Assembly (NCBI GenBank): GCA_008632985.1
Contig: QPGO01000157.1
Span: 1-64,000 of the forward strand
Direction: 5' to 3'
Source of the DNA: Psammoneis japonica
Lineage: Eukaryota
DNA length: 64,000 bases
The notes beneath the pieces are model-generated. The model did not search any database. It saw only the letters and a program-made list of their open reading frames with translations, and had not been told where the DNA came from. Numbering within the stretch: position 1 is the stretch's first letter; every line of letters begins with the position of its first letter. Positions 62,501 through 64,000 of the stretch are shown here, piece after piece. Made by a program: the position numbers and the translations under genes.

Positions 62501-63020
62501 ACAGACCGAGATCTTGGGTAAGTGTGTTCCTGAAGTTTCATCATCTTGAAGCTCACGTGTACAGCTTTTTAGAACGGTGGCGGATGTACCGGTATGGTAG
62601 ATTGTCGGAGGAGGGCTTTGAGAATGCTCATCCAGTCGTTAATGAAATCCGACACATACTAAGTCTATGTCATCCACAATACAACGAATCAACACAATAT
62701 GTCAGAGACTAGACTACACAATGGATTGAAAGAAGAAGTGTCGGAGGCAAAAGCAGTTGATGAAAAGAGGGTTACAAAGAAGAAGCGCGTTACTTACAAC
62801 GTTTCAAGCCAAACAAGAGCGAATGATGAGGTGGTGGTGGCGAATCGATTGACTACGCTGGTGGAGGAGGGGAAACACTTCCAGACCCCCGATGGCACCC
62901 TCATGTGTGTAGACTGGAAGGAAGTATACCACATGGCCGAACGGGAAAGGTGCCGGATCGTGGTGGGCTCCGTTTGATGCTCGCACCGACCTAAGCACAG
63001 CATCAAAAGAAAAGGCAAGA
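59600..63020 (+). mobile_element. Transib/RAG1/Chapaev-like DDE transposase pseudogene
   Basis: VVFGGDKGG, MHTPQGV and KFHHLEAHV...GRLSEEGFENAH motifs; many stops and frameshifts. 5' extent approximate. Confidence 0.65.
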
Positions 63021-64000
63021 TTTAGTCAATAGTAAAATCTCCAAACCATACATTCGCATTTTTACAAATCCAAAGAACTACACAAGAGCTTTGCACCACA
63101 ATGAAACAAAAACTAGAGAATCGACCGGTGAAACAACTGGTATAAAACGGAGGAAGCAACAAACCAGCGGATCAACAATGCAGCACTTGATCCACCATAG
63201 TCGCATTCTTTCATCTTCAGACGACAGTATTAGACCTTGCTAGTGCAACAGAAGCGAAAAGCAATCGAGTACTCTTGCTTCTTCTTCCGAGTGCAGAAGA
63301 GAAACGAAACTGTAAGTGAGAAATTGGAAAAGCACATATCAACATTTTGGCATTGTTTGGAATTGCAGTAGCCGCATTTAACTCACCTCGTGTATTCGAT
63401 AGAAGCAATGTTCTAGCTCTCGGTTCAATAAGATGAACCGACACGAAACGCCGCCGTATTACTTGATCAGCGCCCTAAAAAAAATGCTCAACATTTCTTC
63501 CCCATTTTTGGCAGCTGAATTTCTTTACTTTTCAAGCAATTTCAAGAAAACAAGCAAGGTGAGGCATTCCTTCGAATGTTAATAATACAATGACCTGATA
63601 GTACATGTTACGCTACTTACAACGGCCGTCGGAACACTTCCCGCGTCATGGTGAAGGCTTGCAGCTTGCAGACAGAAAATAAAATGTACAGTACGTAATG
63701 TGCGCGCGTACGTGCGACGTTCACCTGCGGTCTTGCCGTCACAAGTCTACACAAAATCTTTGTACTATTTCTACCTACTGTACCGCACCGTATGTAGAGA
63801 AAGCAGTCACAAAAGAAAAACAGTGACTGCTTTCACCATGGCGGCGATTTCAGGTCAGCAACCCCGCCGTCAGCGCAGGCGGAGACCTGAACCCTCACCC
63901 GAAGCATCGACGGGACTTATAGCAGCCATACTGACTCTTGTGTTGGTGGTGGTTTTGTTTCTCCTGTCTCCAACAAAAAGTGCTGGGTCTCCCAATGCCG

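Overview
Eukaryotic genomic DNA, most likely a diatom (inferred from short 85-92 bp GT-AG introns, diatom-type Copia/Gypsy remnants and gene content). Two sequence classes alternate. (1) Normal-composition blocks hold a PhyH-type dioxygenase, a SASA-family acetylesterase with a premature stop, a TBC+rhodanese gene, pseudogenes or fragments of SulP, DBP4/DDX10 and cpn60, and three copies from two orphan gene families that share a C-terminal RRS-x-R-L...RRSARI tail. (2) Four domains (~1-3360, ~14030-25135, ~33340-36960, ~48930-60300; roughly 45% of the window) are filled with decayed transposons and captured gene fragments, with TpA almost erased throughout and CpG almost erased in most parts, in favour of TpG/CpA. 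Three internal duplicate pairs give the direction of change: CG->TG/CA and TA->TG/CA. TpA loss runs ahead of CpG loss and tends to spare TAA/TTA. This looks like a regional, repeat-associated hypermutation process opposite in polarity to fungal RIP and not explained by 5mC deamination alone. It is the main candidate for an undescribed system. All family assignments are from remembered motifs; no searches were run.
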